Assembly: GCF_006345805.1 (NCBI RefSeq)
Contig: NW_021834124.1
Location: 1-26,549, forward strand
Length of the DNA: 26,549 nt
Direction of reading: 5' to 3'
Source: Octopus sinensis
Lineage: Eukaryota
Below, piece by piece: positions 10,783-21,750 of this stretch; position 1 is the stretch's first letter; the number at the start of each line of letters is the position of its first letter. The notes beneath the pieces were generated by a model. The model was not told where the DNA came from. It did not search any database and saw only the letters and a list, made by a program, of their open reading frames with translations. The translations under genes and the position numbers were made by a program.

Positions 10783-12040
10783 AATCCATAGGTATTTCTA
10801 CACTTGTTGGTTTCTTTTCTATGACTCTTTCCTTCAGCTAATTTCTATGTCCCCTTTTCCATCCCATTTCTTCTTCTTACACCATACATCATTCTTCCTA
10901 TGCATGTTACAATTTCTCATTTTTCCCAGTATTGCTTGCCATTTTTGTACAGTCTTACATATACCTAATCACTGATTCTAAAGTATTTTGGTATGTCCTT
11001 ACTAGCACGTACATTTTTCTTCACTGGTAACAGTTTCTCGAATACTGACTTCACCTTTCTGGCAAATGTTTATTCTGCTGGAGAACTTTTTTCTGGCGCA
11101 TTTGGTTTCGGAGTTACCCGGTATACCCTTAAGAATTGTTGGGTTGCCACCTTGTCCGTGGCTTTCTAATTAGCATTCTTTAAAGCTCTCTTAAAAGTGA
11201 CCACGAACCTTTCGGTCCTTCTATTCGATCTAGGGTGATACGGTGCTATAGTTTCATGTACTAACGCGAACATCTCGCAGAATTTTTTGAACTAACAGGA
11301 TACAAACTGTGTTCTCTTATCAGAGACAATTATATCCAGTACACCAAATCTTGCGAACAGCTCGTGCAAGAAGTTTATTACTGTATATGAGGTTGGTAGT
11401 TGATACCACGCGACCTCAGGTCGTTTTGTGTAGCTGCCCACTACTATTAAGTAATAATATTCATTTACCGGGCCTGCAAACTCGATATGCAATCATGGCC
11501 ATGGTACTTTCAGTTCCGGCTAAAGTTCACATTGTAGTAGTAATTATTTGGCTGCCAACGTTCATCCTCTGCAGTCTTTTACCAGGTTTTCAACGTTTTC
11601 GTCCATTCTTGACCAGTAAACAAAACTTTTCATTCTAGAGATGCCTGAGTGTCCCACATGAAACTCTTTTAGCAGTCTCTTCTGTAATGTCTATGTTATA
11701 ACCACGCTCTGAGCGTACATTAGTACACCATCACATATAGAGTACACGTTCACATCTTGGCAGTTCTTTGCATCAGACCTGTCTTTATTTCCTTTTGTCG
11801 ACCACAGTTTTCTTTTTGCCTCATTAACAAATTTTTCATTTCTCGCATTTCTTTTTATTTCTTCCAGAGTTACTGGTAGTTCCCGTACGATATTCCATAT
11901 CACTTTTCTTTTTTTTTTCTTTGTTTCAGTTCAGGAACCTCGTATGATCGACTGACCGCTTCGTTTACGCTGTTGCATAAAGCGCTTATGGGTGCATCCC
12001 ATTAATTAAATTTCTCCATACATTCGTTGCCAAATAAATT

Positions 12041-12253
12041 CTCTTTTACTCGTTTACTTGTTTCATTCGTTTTGACTGTGGCCATGGTAGAGCAGCACCA
12101 CCTTTAGTCGAGCAAATCGACCCCAGGACTTATTCTTTGTAAGCCTAGTACTTATTCTATCGGTCTTTTTTGCCGAACCGCTAAGTCACAGGGACGTAAA
12201 CACACTAGCATCGGTTGTCAAGCGATGTTGGGGTGACAAACACAGACACACAA

Positions 12254-12322
<69 letters not shown>

Positions 12323-12473
12323 TACGACGGACTTCTTTCAGTTCGGGCTTCACTCACAAGGTCGGCCCGTGGCTATAGTAGAAGACACTTGCCGAAGGCG
12401 CCATGTAGTGGGACTGAACCCGGAACCATGTGGTTCGTAAGCAAGCTACTTGCCACATTTCCACTCCTACACC
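12041..12473 (-). mobile_element. Family A SINE inserted in the Gypsy protease region
   Basis: Reverse complement of family A. Protease-like sequence resumes on both sides (..VYFLKK | LFGNECMEKFN*WDAPI). Confidence 0.93.
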
Positions 12474-13826
12474 TATAAATGCATGGATCTTTTTCAAAAA
12501 GTAAACATTCACTTTTTTGGTTCGACCTTTGAACATTATATTACAAACGCGTTCGTCCGTTTGAACATAGCTTTCTTCCTGTAGCACCGTACACTATTTT
12601 GTTTGGATTAAATAATTTTGGTTTACACATTTGTTCCCGTGTTTCTTGTTCATGGTTGTGATATCACTTCCCGTGTCTACTTGCATTGTGATACTAGTAT
12701 TTCAGTTTGTTGTAGTCACAACTTTTCCTACTGACAAACTATTTACTTTTCTTGTTTGTTCCAATTTTCTATCATTCTAGTTTTGTAGTGCGATTTTATA
12801 TGTCCTGCAAACCCACAACGAAAACACTTTACTTTTTTATACGGACTATCTTTTTTCAGATGCATCTCACTACATGCCATATATGGGTCTACATCGCGTT
12901 ATTTTTTCTGTTTTTCCTGCAACTCTATTTGTCTTCCGACTTTTTTTTTGCACTGGTCTTATGTGAAAACATTCTTTGCATAGAATTTCTTCTGTGTTAT
13001 GCCTTAATTCTAATATCCTGTCTCACTCTTTCCGATAATTTCTGCAAAGTCAAATCCTGGTGCATTTCCAGTTTTGATTGAATTTTCGTTCAGATTTCTG
13101 CATCCCTTCTCTGTCAATCCTTGTGCAAAACTCGAACACTTGAAAGTATCTGGAGTAAGCATTCTTAGCCTAAATCTCTCGCTTTCTTTGTTGACTCTGC
13201 CAGTGTAAGTAGTGAAGTCTTCATCTTCGCTCTTTTCTACGTTCAAACATTTTCATCTAGTATTAAACGGTGAGCTCTTTTCACTAAACATTTTGCACAA
13301 AATGTCAACTGTGACGGTGAAATTTATGTCGGACGCTTTTGTGGGGGGGGGGACAATATGATGTTACTAGTTTTCTTAAAACTGAACGCGTTTTCCTTTC
13401 GGCCGTCCAACCGTGGAATTCTTTTTTAAAAATTTTTTGAGATCTACGAAAGTAAACCTCAAAAGTTACTCCTGCTTCGGAGATATATTTGAATTCGCAT
13501 ATGGAATTTGCTACATGGTCAGGTGAAAATATTTTCTCCCCTTTGGTTATCAACTTCATTTGGTGTAGCATTTGCTGCTGCAATCGTTGTTGTTGTTGTT
13601 CTTGTTGTTCCTTGAGTTGTTGGCGCCCTTGTTGTTTTTGCAGTTCAACTATCCCAGCTAACAAGTCTTCAATATTTTAAGATTTTCGCAAGTTCGCACA
13701 AGATTTTTGTTTCTTTTTTGTCGAGGTATCTTGTTTTCTACGTGAATTAGTTTAAAACCTTCCGTGTAAATGTTTTCTTTTTCTTTTTTTACTCCACGTA
13801 AATTTGTTTTTACTCATCGCGACTAT

Positions 13827-14158
13827 TGTAAAGCGGTCTTTTGCCACTGTTTTATGTATTTTGACGACGGTTGTCGCTCTGACAAATATTGTTATATTCC
13901 GAAGTCATAGATAGAATAGTTCTATCTGTCACTGTACGAACCTCAGTCGTACAGTGTTATTATCTTTAAAAAAAACTGGATCGATATAACGTCCACACAG
14001 CATCACAGTATAATTACTATATCATCACAGACACGACCATCAACACAGCCTACACGTATTCTCGACCTACCGACCTCCTGTCGACCGGCTACTGGTCTAT
14101 TTATAACGACTGGCTACTACCACTTTTTACCGTGAGTGGTGTTCTGTTTCACTATACA
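13827..14158 (-). repeat. Putative 5' LTR (332 bp) with adjacent PBS-like motif
   Basis: Termini tgtaaag...ctataca (TG..CA, 6/7 inverted match). ctcatcgcga at 13813-13822 resembles the ctcgtcgcca (TGGCGACGAG) PBS of this clade. Minus-strand TATAAATA at ~14098-14105. No second LTR confirms the boundaries. Confidence 0.6.
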
Positions 14159-14482
14159 AAAGAAACAACAAAAAGACAAATAATGGTTTGTAAATGTGTT
14201 AAAATGAAATCTGCCCAGTATTTGCATTATACCAACTCAAAATCTAACGCATACTATGTTTCACGTTTTACACGTTGAGAAATGCGGAAGAGAAAATGGC
14301 AGAAATATTTGTGAATAATGCAAAAGAGCAAAAAAAAAAGTTAGATCAACATTTCAGTTGAAGATTCTAACATCCGTTTATTTTATTTTGTTTTATTTTT
14401 TTTAACCTGCAGCACTTTGTTTCGCAACATCTTCAAGCTCTGAAGTTTGCTGACTGCCTTTCGCTCGTTTGGGGTTTATCAT

Positions 14483-14493
14483 AATTGTTATTG

Positions 14494-14561
<68 letters not shown>

Positions 14562-14712
14562 TTCTTTTATTATTATGATAAAGGATTCTCTTTCTAACTA
14601 ATACTAAATATTCTATAGAGAATTTTACGAAAACGTAACTAATTTGCCGTTCCTTTGAACAGAAGAAGTAGAAGAAGAAGAAGAAGAAGAAGAAGAAGAA
14701 GACTGATGATGA
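14483..14712. repeat. (ATT)n and (GAA)n microsatellites
   Basis: (ATT)n ~14497-14561; (GAA)n ~14662-14701. Confidence 0.95.
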
Positions 14713-15083
14713 CGATAAGTTGAATTTACAAGAACTAGTTAGTGTCAATGAGTTCACCATTTTTTTTTTTGGTGCGTATTCTTCACTTTTGGGGATGAGT
14801 CTGTTTTTATCTATTTATTTATTTATTTATTTTGTTCATTGCGTTGTTTTTTTAAGTAACGGAACCGTATTACAAAGGAACGTCAGATGAAACAGACAAA
14901 CTACATCTGGGGAATTCATTCATCACATAATGCACTCTTCGACAAAAACAAAGATGGATAAATAAATAAAATAAAAACTGTTACATTGACAGCAAAATTC
15001 ATGTTCTTAGTGCATTTCGTATGAACTCCACCCGTCACAAAAAGTATTAAGGAAATGTACGTCAAGTGTTCAGCAGAGACGGT

Positions 15084-15373
15084 TACTCTTTTACTCTTTT
15101 ACTCTTTTACTTGTTTCAGTCGCTTGACTGCGGCCATGCTGGAGCATCACCTTTAGTCGAGCAAACCAACCCCAGGACTTATTACTTGAAAGCCTAGTGC
15201 TTATTCTATCGAACTCTTTTGCCGAACCGCTAAGTTACCAAATCCACTCACAAGGCTTTGGTCGCCCCGAGTCTATAATAGAAGCCACTTGCCCAAATTG
15301 CCACGCAGTGGGACTGAACCCGGAACCATGTAGTTGGTAAGCAAGCTACTTACCACACACCCACTCCTACGCC
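15084..15373 (-). mobile_element. Family A SINE with internal deletion
   Basis: Tail and head are present, but ctaagttac joins directly to caaatccactcac (~15238), which removes the microsatellite-bearing middle. Confidence 0.92.
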
Positions 15374-15395
15374 TTGTACACTTTTGTTTACACTT

Positions 15396-15635
15396 ACTCT
15401 TTGACTCTCTTTTACTTGTTTCAGTCATTTGACTGCGGCCATGCTGGAGTACCGCCTTTAGTCGAGCAAATCGACCCCAGGACTTATTCTTTGTAAGCCC
15501 AGTACTTATTCTATCGGTCTCTTTTGCCGAACCGCTAAGTTACGGGGACGTAAACACATCAGCATCGGTTGTCAAGCAATGCTAGGTAGACAAACACAAA
15601 CGCACACACACACACAGACACACATATATATATAT

Positions 15636-15689
<54 letters not shown>

Positions 15690-15853
15690 TACGACAGGCT
15701 TCTTTCAGTTTCCGTCTAGCAAATCCACTCACAAGGCATTGGTCGGCCCGGGGCTATAGCAGAAGACACTTGCCCAAGATGCCACGCAGTGGGACTGAAC
15801 CCGGAACCATGTAGTTGGTAAGCGAGCTACTTACCACACAGCCACTCCTACGC
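15396..15853 (-). mobile_element. Family A SINE, full length
   Basis: Reverse complement of family A, with an expanded internal (TA)n. Confidence 0.95.
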
Positions 15854-16115
15854 CTTGTACACTATTTTTTTTTTCACTTGGCTGCCTTTATTTTTTAATT
15901 TTATTTTTACTGTTTTGTTTGTTTGCTTTTTAAATATACTTCGCGATATATAGTTTCATGTAACTGCTTTATAATCAAACCTCACGGAAATCGATCTTCA
16001 TCTTTTATTTAACCACACCCCAGGCCTCACATACACCCCCCCCCTTGAAATATAATTGTTTCTAAAATAGGGACAAGATTTGATATTATTTTGGAGTCCG
16101 GTAATTTATTTATTA

Positions 16116-16493
16116 CTAGCAGTATCGCCCGGCGTTGCTCGGGTTTGTAAGGGAAATAACTATATAAGCATTTTTAGAGATGTAAAGTATAATAGCCATC
16201 TCAATATGGCTAACCACAAAGGGGGGTGTTTCTGTAGCTTTTTACGTTCTGAGATTTAATAATAAATTTTTAGAGAGTTACTTCCCTTATATATGCCAAA
16301 AATGGGGAAAATTGATGGTAAATTTCTTTTTTAAATCGTAGACTCATCGTAGACGCGCGCTAATACCCAGAAGGGCTCGATATGAATCACAACTATAAGT
16401 TTTTGGTTAAACTGCACCGCAAAATGTGGGAGTAGTTAGGAATCTAAATCGTAGGAGACAGACAGCACACAACTTCACTTTTATATATAAAGA
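16116..16493 (-). mobile_element. Non-autonomous Helitron (378 bp)
   Basis: Minus strand reads a|TCtttatatataaaag...cccgagcaacgccgggcgatactgCTAG|t. This gives a 5'-TC, a subterminal GC-rich hairpin, a 3'-CTAG, insertion between A and T, and no TSD. Confidence 0.9.
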
Positions 16494-16665
16494 TATATTT
16501 TCCATTTCTCCAACCCGCCATGAAATGTTGACCTCAGCCGCATATGAACTTAGGACGAAAGGAGCCGGAAATTGCTTTTAAATACGGAGACAAACCAAGA
16601 AAGTGGCTAAGAAGAGACAGACAATTATACACGGAATCAAATACTTGAAAGATAGATGAAACTAG

Positions 16666-16770
16666 CACGCACACACACACACAGACACACACACACACAC
16701 ATACAGACATACATACATACATACACACACACATACATATATACATACATACACACACACACACACACAT

Positions 16771-16803
<33 letters not shown>

Positions 16804-17060
16804 TACATACATACATACATACACACACACATACATACATACATACATACATACATACATACATACACACATACATACATACATACATACATACACACAC
16901 ACCCACACATACATACATACACACATACATACATACATACATACATACACACATACATACATACATACTTACATACATACATACATACATACATACACAC
17001 ATACATACATACACACACACACATACATACATACATACATATACATACATACATACATAC
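16666..17060. repeat. (TACA)n/(CA)n compound microsatellite
   Basis: Direct inspection. Confidence 0.97.
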
Positions 17061-17553
17061 CTACGAACAACCACAAACAAATGTTCTAGAAATGATGTCA
17101 AAAAAGGTTTATTATTGATTTCGTCTCACAATCTTTAAGAAGGTTAATCGATTCTATATAGATACGATCATATTGTGTTTTTTCGAATTCTCTCGTGAAA
17201 GAAATTCATGGATCTACGTATGAAAATCTCCCTTTTTGTCGTTTCCAGAATGAATGTAAGCACACACACTCACATACATTCACACGTGCATACGTAGTTA
17301 CATCATATACACATGCATACACGTGTGTGTATATGCGTGTGTGCGTGTGTATGTGTGTGTGTGTTCTCGCACGCGGGGCGTGTGTGTGTGTGCGTGTAAT
17401 ATTTAATCCATAATTGTTAGTCCAAGAAATACATATATTGTTTGGTATATGGCTCATCAGGAACTAAATAACAATATTTAGGAAAACTAATTTATAAATT
17501 ATGGCAAGCCAGAAAGAAAGAAAATAAGGAAAATATATACATACATACATACA

Positions 17554-17587
<34 letters not shown>

Positions 17588-17593
17588 CATATA

Positions 17594-17874
17594 TGGTGGC
17601 TGCCCCCTCGTTATTGAGTATGGCCATTGCACGAAGGTTAATCAATGTTGTTATCATGCAATGCCTGTGCAAGAATATTTTTTTAAGTGAGGAAAGGCTG
17701 TGCACTGAGTCAATCCCACTCACTAAGCAACAGCAGCCATAATCCGAAAAGAAGAATATGTCAACATCATCGGTAACCACTGAGCCGCAGGTTTTATGGC
17801 GAAGTTATCCCAGTTACTTGAGTTACCTTCTCCTAGAAGGATGCCCTAACAACGGCTAAGAGTCCTTCACTCCC
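17594..17874 (-). mobile_element. 5'-truncated copy of an RTE-related non-autonomous retroelement, flanked by (TACA)n
   Basis: Reverse-complement match to 22597-22878 along its whole length. Confidence 0.88.
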
Positions 17875-18203
17875 AATACATACATACATACATACATACA
17901 TACATACATACATACATACATACATACATACATACATACATACACATTTTCAAAAATTCTACCAGCGAACGACAGAAAAATTCAGAAAAAAAACATGGAC
18001 GAGCTCTTTCCTCGTCAGGTATGTGTTACTGCATCTGGCGGAACCGTGTGAATTTCGCGTGTCACATAAAACTTTGCATTACTAATGGTGAAAATCTTAC
18101 AGAAAATGCTATTCGTTAATGTAGTAGAATAAGATTACTGACACTATACATTTTCGACTATGTATCCGGGTATTGTAGTCGCCTTGTATATACATCAATA
18201 TAT

Positions 18204-18542
18204 GGTAGGTGCTTCCTCGTATACGAGCTAAGCCATTAATAGACGGAATCATTGAAATGAGTCATTGATGATGCAATGTGAGGTCCGTGTATGATTCTTG
18301 AGCCCTGCCAAATATTTGCGCATTTTATTGCCTAATTTACAGTTTTGCTGGCTGGCAGAGGAAACAGGTGCCACATTATGAAGTCTTTTAACATGACTTT
18401 TCAATCGTCCAACGGAATGGCACATTTTCCACAAGTTGCACGTGTTCTATTGTGAACAATATCCGCCTCACAATTTACAAGAGGTAAATTTACCAGTTAG
18501 TTCTCTGATGGCTGAGCAGGCCTGCAAGACTTCCCACAAATC
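18204..18542 (-). mobile_element. 3' fragment of an RTE-like LINE (decayed C-terminal C2H2-type fingers plus 3' end)
   Basis: ICGKSC../GLLSHQRT, TCNLWKMCHSVGRLKSHVKRLH and NCKLGNKMRKYLAGLKNHTRTSH. The 3' end aatggcttagctcgtatacgaggaagcacctacc resembles the tail of the 22328-22891 element. Confidence 0.65.
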
Positions 18543-18659
18543 ATATACATACATACATAGATACATACATACATACACACACAAACACACAAGCACAAGC
18601 ACATACGCACGCACATGCATACGTGTATATATGTGTGTATATATAGATATATGTATATG

Positions 18660-18975
18660 TATATATAAAACTGAGAATGCGTCTTTGTCTCTGTGTGTCT
18701 GTATGTGTGCATCTCTAACACTCGAGAACTACCCAACAGATGTGATTCAAATTTTACACATGCACTACTTAGGGTCCATGGAGTGTCATGGGCCCAAAAA
18801 GATTTCAACTTCTTGCATAATTCGAACCCGGAAAAATCTCTGTTTCAGTATTACGGGTCAAACGTGAAACAATAACATATCGTATTGTAAGATAATAGTT
18901 TCTCGTTTAATAGTTTCATTATATATAGTATATACATAGTAAAACTATTAATAGGGAAACTATTATCTCACATTC
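18660..18975 (+). mobile_element. Probable 5' portion of a non-autonomous Helitron
   Basis: tatataaaactgagaatg..tgtgtgtctgt..ctcgagaactacccaacagat..ttcaaatttt resembles typical Helitron-N 5' regions and the start of the 16116-16493 element. The 5' TC is not visible. Confidence 0.5.
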
Positions 18976-18985
18976 CATATATACA

Positions 18986-19029
<44 letters not shown>

Positions 19030-19039
19030 ATATATATAT

Positions 19040-19330
19040 TGGTAAAAACGGTAAGATAATAAAAGAAAGAAAGAGATCTCAATATTATGTAAATAGAGGA
19101 AATTTATCCGTAAAATAATATGAGACAATCATTCGGTAGCCAAGATAAAACTCTGAGTTTTGGATGCCGAGGTGGAAATCCACACCACCATCTCTTCGGT
19201 TATCTGGCCATCTGAAAAACGCTACGAAAAAAGACCGTTATACAAAGGGAAATTACTGTGTTATAGTCCGCTACTTATGCAAAAGCGCTAATTCAAATGA
19301 CCGCTAATTAAGATAAGGTTAAAAGTTCAT
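19040..19330 (-). mobile_element. (TA)n-adjacent short repeat carrying a degenerate hammerhead-like motif (Penelope-like terminal repeat?)
   Basis: Motif at 19143-19205 (see findings). The family assignment and right boundary are inference. Confidence 0.4.
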
Positions 19331-19574
19331 AGTAAACACGTAAGCATGCCTGTTCATACGTACTCATGTGCGCTCGTGGACCTGCGTGCGTACGTATACA
19401 TCACTATGAAAACATACACATCTTCACTCGCATTTTTTGCCAAATGTATATACATATATATATATACAAACTCATACACACACACGCGCACCGTAAAAGT
19501 TCATACATACGTCTACATACGTACAAGCACAAGAAAAGACAGGGTTAAGGATAATAATACAGAAAAAAGGCATA

Positions 19575-20462
19575 TCCATTTGAGTTTGATAAGCTCCTTG
19601 AGGCATTACTTGAAGAATATCCTGCATTAATAGTTGAAGAATTGGCAATAAAGCATACAACTGTTCATCGTCATCTTCAACAACTTCGAAAGGTTCTTAA
19701 ACTTGGAAAATGGGTGCCTCATAAATTGTCCGAAAGCAACCGCAAATGCCGTATTGACATCTGCTCTTCTCTCCATTCTCGCGAACTCATTTCAACCATT
19801 TTGGATAGACTTGTAACTGGTGAAGAAAGATAGATCTTCAATCTAATGTCAAACGCCGTAAACAGTGGATGGTAAAAGGGAAAAGTCTCAACCACAACCG
19901 AGAAGGGACCTTCAATGAAAAAAGGTTCTTCTCTCTATCTGGTGGGATTGCAAAGGAGTAATTCACTTTGAATTGTTACCACCTAATGCAACAATCAATG
20001 CTCAAGCCTACTGTCAGCAATTAGAGGGTTTGAACCAAGTTCTGAAGGAAAAAAGACCCGCTTTAGTGAATCGAAAAGGAGGGATGTTTCATCAGGACAA
20101 TGCGCGACCCCACATTGCAAAGATCACATCACAGAAGATCGAAAAGCTTGGTTGGGAAAAAATTCCTCATCCACCTTATTCTCCCGAACTTACTCCTTCA
20201 TACTACCATTTGTTTCGTAGTTTACAGAATCATTTGCGGGACATAACTTTCGCAAGCCAGGAGGAGGTCGAAACTTTCAGAGTTCTTCGCTTTGAAACCA
20301 AAAGAGTTTTACATTGATGGGATTAAATAGCTTGTAAATAGATGGAAGGAAGTTATAGGTAATCAGGGAAAGTACATTGAGGCTTAAATTTCAATTACAT
20401 ATAACATTTGATCACTTGTTTTCTTTATTCGGAATTCGGACAGAACTTATGGGATGAAGTGA
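19575..20462 (+). mobile_element. 5'-truncated mariner (DD34D) with transposase pseudogene
   Basis: TVHRHLQQL..LGKWVPHKL, RLVTGEER* (cf. VTGDEKW), LLSIWWDCKGVIHFELLP, FHQDNARPH and HPPYSPELTPSYYHLF (cf. YSPDLAPSDYHLF). TIR-like end ggacagaacttatgggatgaagtga|ta. Confidence 0.93.
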
Positions 20463-20490
20463 TATATGTATGTATAAATATTTACACACA

Positions 20491-20581
<91 letters not shown>

Positions 20582-20582
<1 letters not shown>

Positions 20583-20984
20583 GGCGCAGGAGTGGCTGTG
20601 TGGTAAGTAGCTTGCTAACCAACCACATGGTTACGGGTTCAGTCCCACTGCGTGGCATCTTGGGCAAGTGTCTCCTGCTATAGCCCCGGGCCGACCAATG
20701 CCTTGTGAGTGGATTTGGTAGACGGAAACTGAAAGAAGCCTGTCGTATATATGTATATATATATGTGTGTGTGTGTTTGTGTGTCTGCGTTTGTCTCCCT
20801 AGCATTGCTTGACAACCGATGCTGGTGTATTTACGTCCCCGTCACTTAGCTATTCGGCAAAAGAGACCGATAGAATAAGTACTGGGCTTACAAGGAGTGG
20901 GTCCCGGGGTCGATTTGCTCGACTGAAGGCGGTGCTCCAGCATGGCCGCAGTCAAATGACTGAAACAAATAAAAGAGAAAAAGA

Positions 20985-20986
<2 letters not shown>
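20582..20986 (+). mobile_element. Family A SINE, full length
   Basis: ggcgcaggagtggctgtgtggtaag through gtcaaatgactgaaacaaataaaagag. Confidence 0.95.
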
Positions 20987-21032
<46 letters not shown>

Positions 21033-21034
<2 letters not shown>

Positions 21035-21125
21035 TATAACCTCTGGCCCATCAAAGCCTTGTGAGTGGATTTCGTAAGCGGAAACTGAAAGAAGACTGCC
21101 GTAATATATGTATGTGTGTGTGTGC

Positions 21126-21162
<37 letters not shown>

Positions 21163-21358
21163 TGAGATTGTACTCTCACCATCGCTTAACAGCCGATGTT
21201 GCTGTGTTTACGCCCACGTAACTGAGCCGTTTGGCGATCACACCGATCGAAAAAGTACTAAGCTTGCAAAGAATAAATCCTGCGGTCAATGTATTCGACT
21301 AAAGGCGGTGCTCCAGCACCGGTGCAATCACATGACCGAAAGAAGTAAAGCAATAAAA
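21033..21358 (+). mobile_element. Older 5'-truncated family A SINE
   Basis: caaagccttgtgagtggattt...taaaggcggtgctccagcac; more diverged than its neighbours. Confidence 0.85.
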
Positions 21359-21420
21359 ACTATCCCATTTTAATCCCGAGCAACACCAGGTATCACTCAT
21401 ACATACATATATACGCATAT

Positions 21421-21487
<67 letters not shown>

Positions 21488-21750
21488 TAAATTAGAGATA
21501 ATCATAAGCCAATACATAGAAATAAAATTAATTAAAAAATATAAAAATTATAAAAAATATTTACTCCCTAATATCTTATTATTATTAATTTTTACTTCTA
21601 ATTTAATATAATATATATTTATACTATAAATTAGATTTAATCCTAAATCTAATTTTTCCCTGTAAGTTTGGATTTACTCCCTAATATATATTATTTATTA
21701 TATATATAATATATAGATATATATAATATATATATATATATATATTATAT

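Larger units (their letters stand above)
10783..14158 (-). mobile_element. Decayed Ty3/Gypsy LTR retrotransposon (K02A2.6/Mag-like): 5' LTR, gag, protease, integrase; RT/RNase H absent; 3' LTR not found
   Basis: Gag-like Q-rich N-terminus and EFKY..EAGVTFEVYFRR (13305-13680). Zn-knuckle remnant CFRCGFAGHIKSH (~12785-12825). Protease QVDTGSDIT (~12660-12690). Integrase FHVGHSGISRMK, HIEFAGP, FARFGVLDIIVSD, APYHPRSNRRTERFV.TFK (11100-11700). Confidence 0.92.

Noticed and set aside
14160-15080. Unique sequence with acceptor-like ttttttaacctgcag (14412) and minus ORF 14557-14760
   Set aside because: There is no coherent exon, and the ORF runs through GAA/ATT repeats.
16534-17138. Four overlapping ORFs of 130-160 aa rich in C/M/Y/V or H/T
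   Set aside because: Artefacts of (TACA)n/(CA)n. The same applies to 311-919 and 24169-24849.
18249-18542. Host C2H2 zinc-finger gene exon
   Set aside because: There are no TGEKP linkers, cysteines are mutated, and it ends in a retroelement-type 3' tail, so a LINE fragment fits better.
19642-20317. SETMAR-like domesticated gene
   Set aside because: It has stops, frameshifts and mutated catalytic Asp residues, and no SET domain; it is an ordinary dead mariner.
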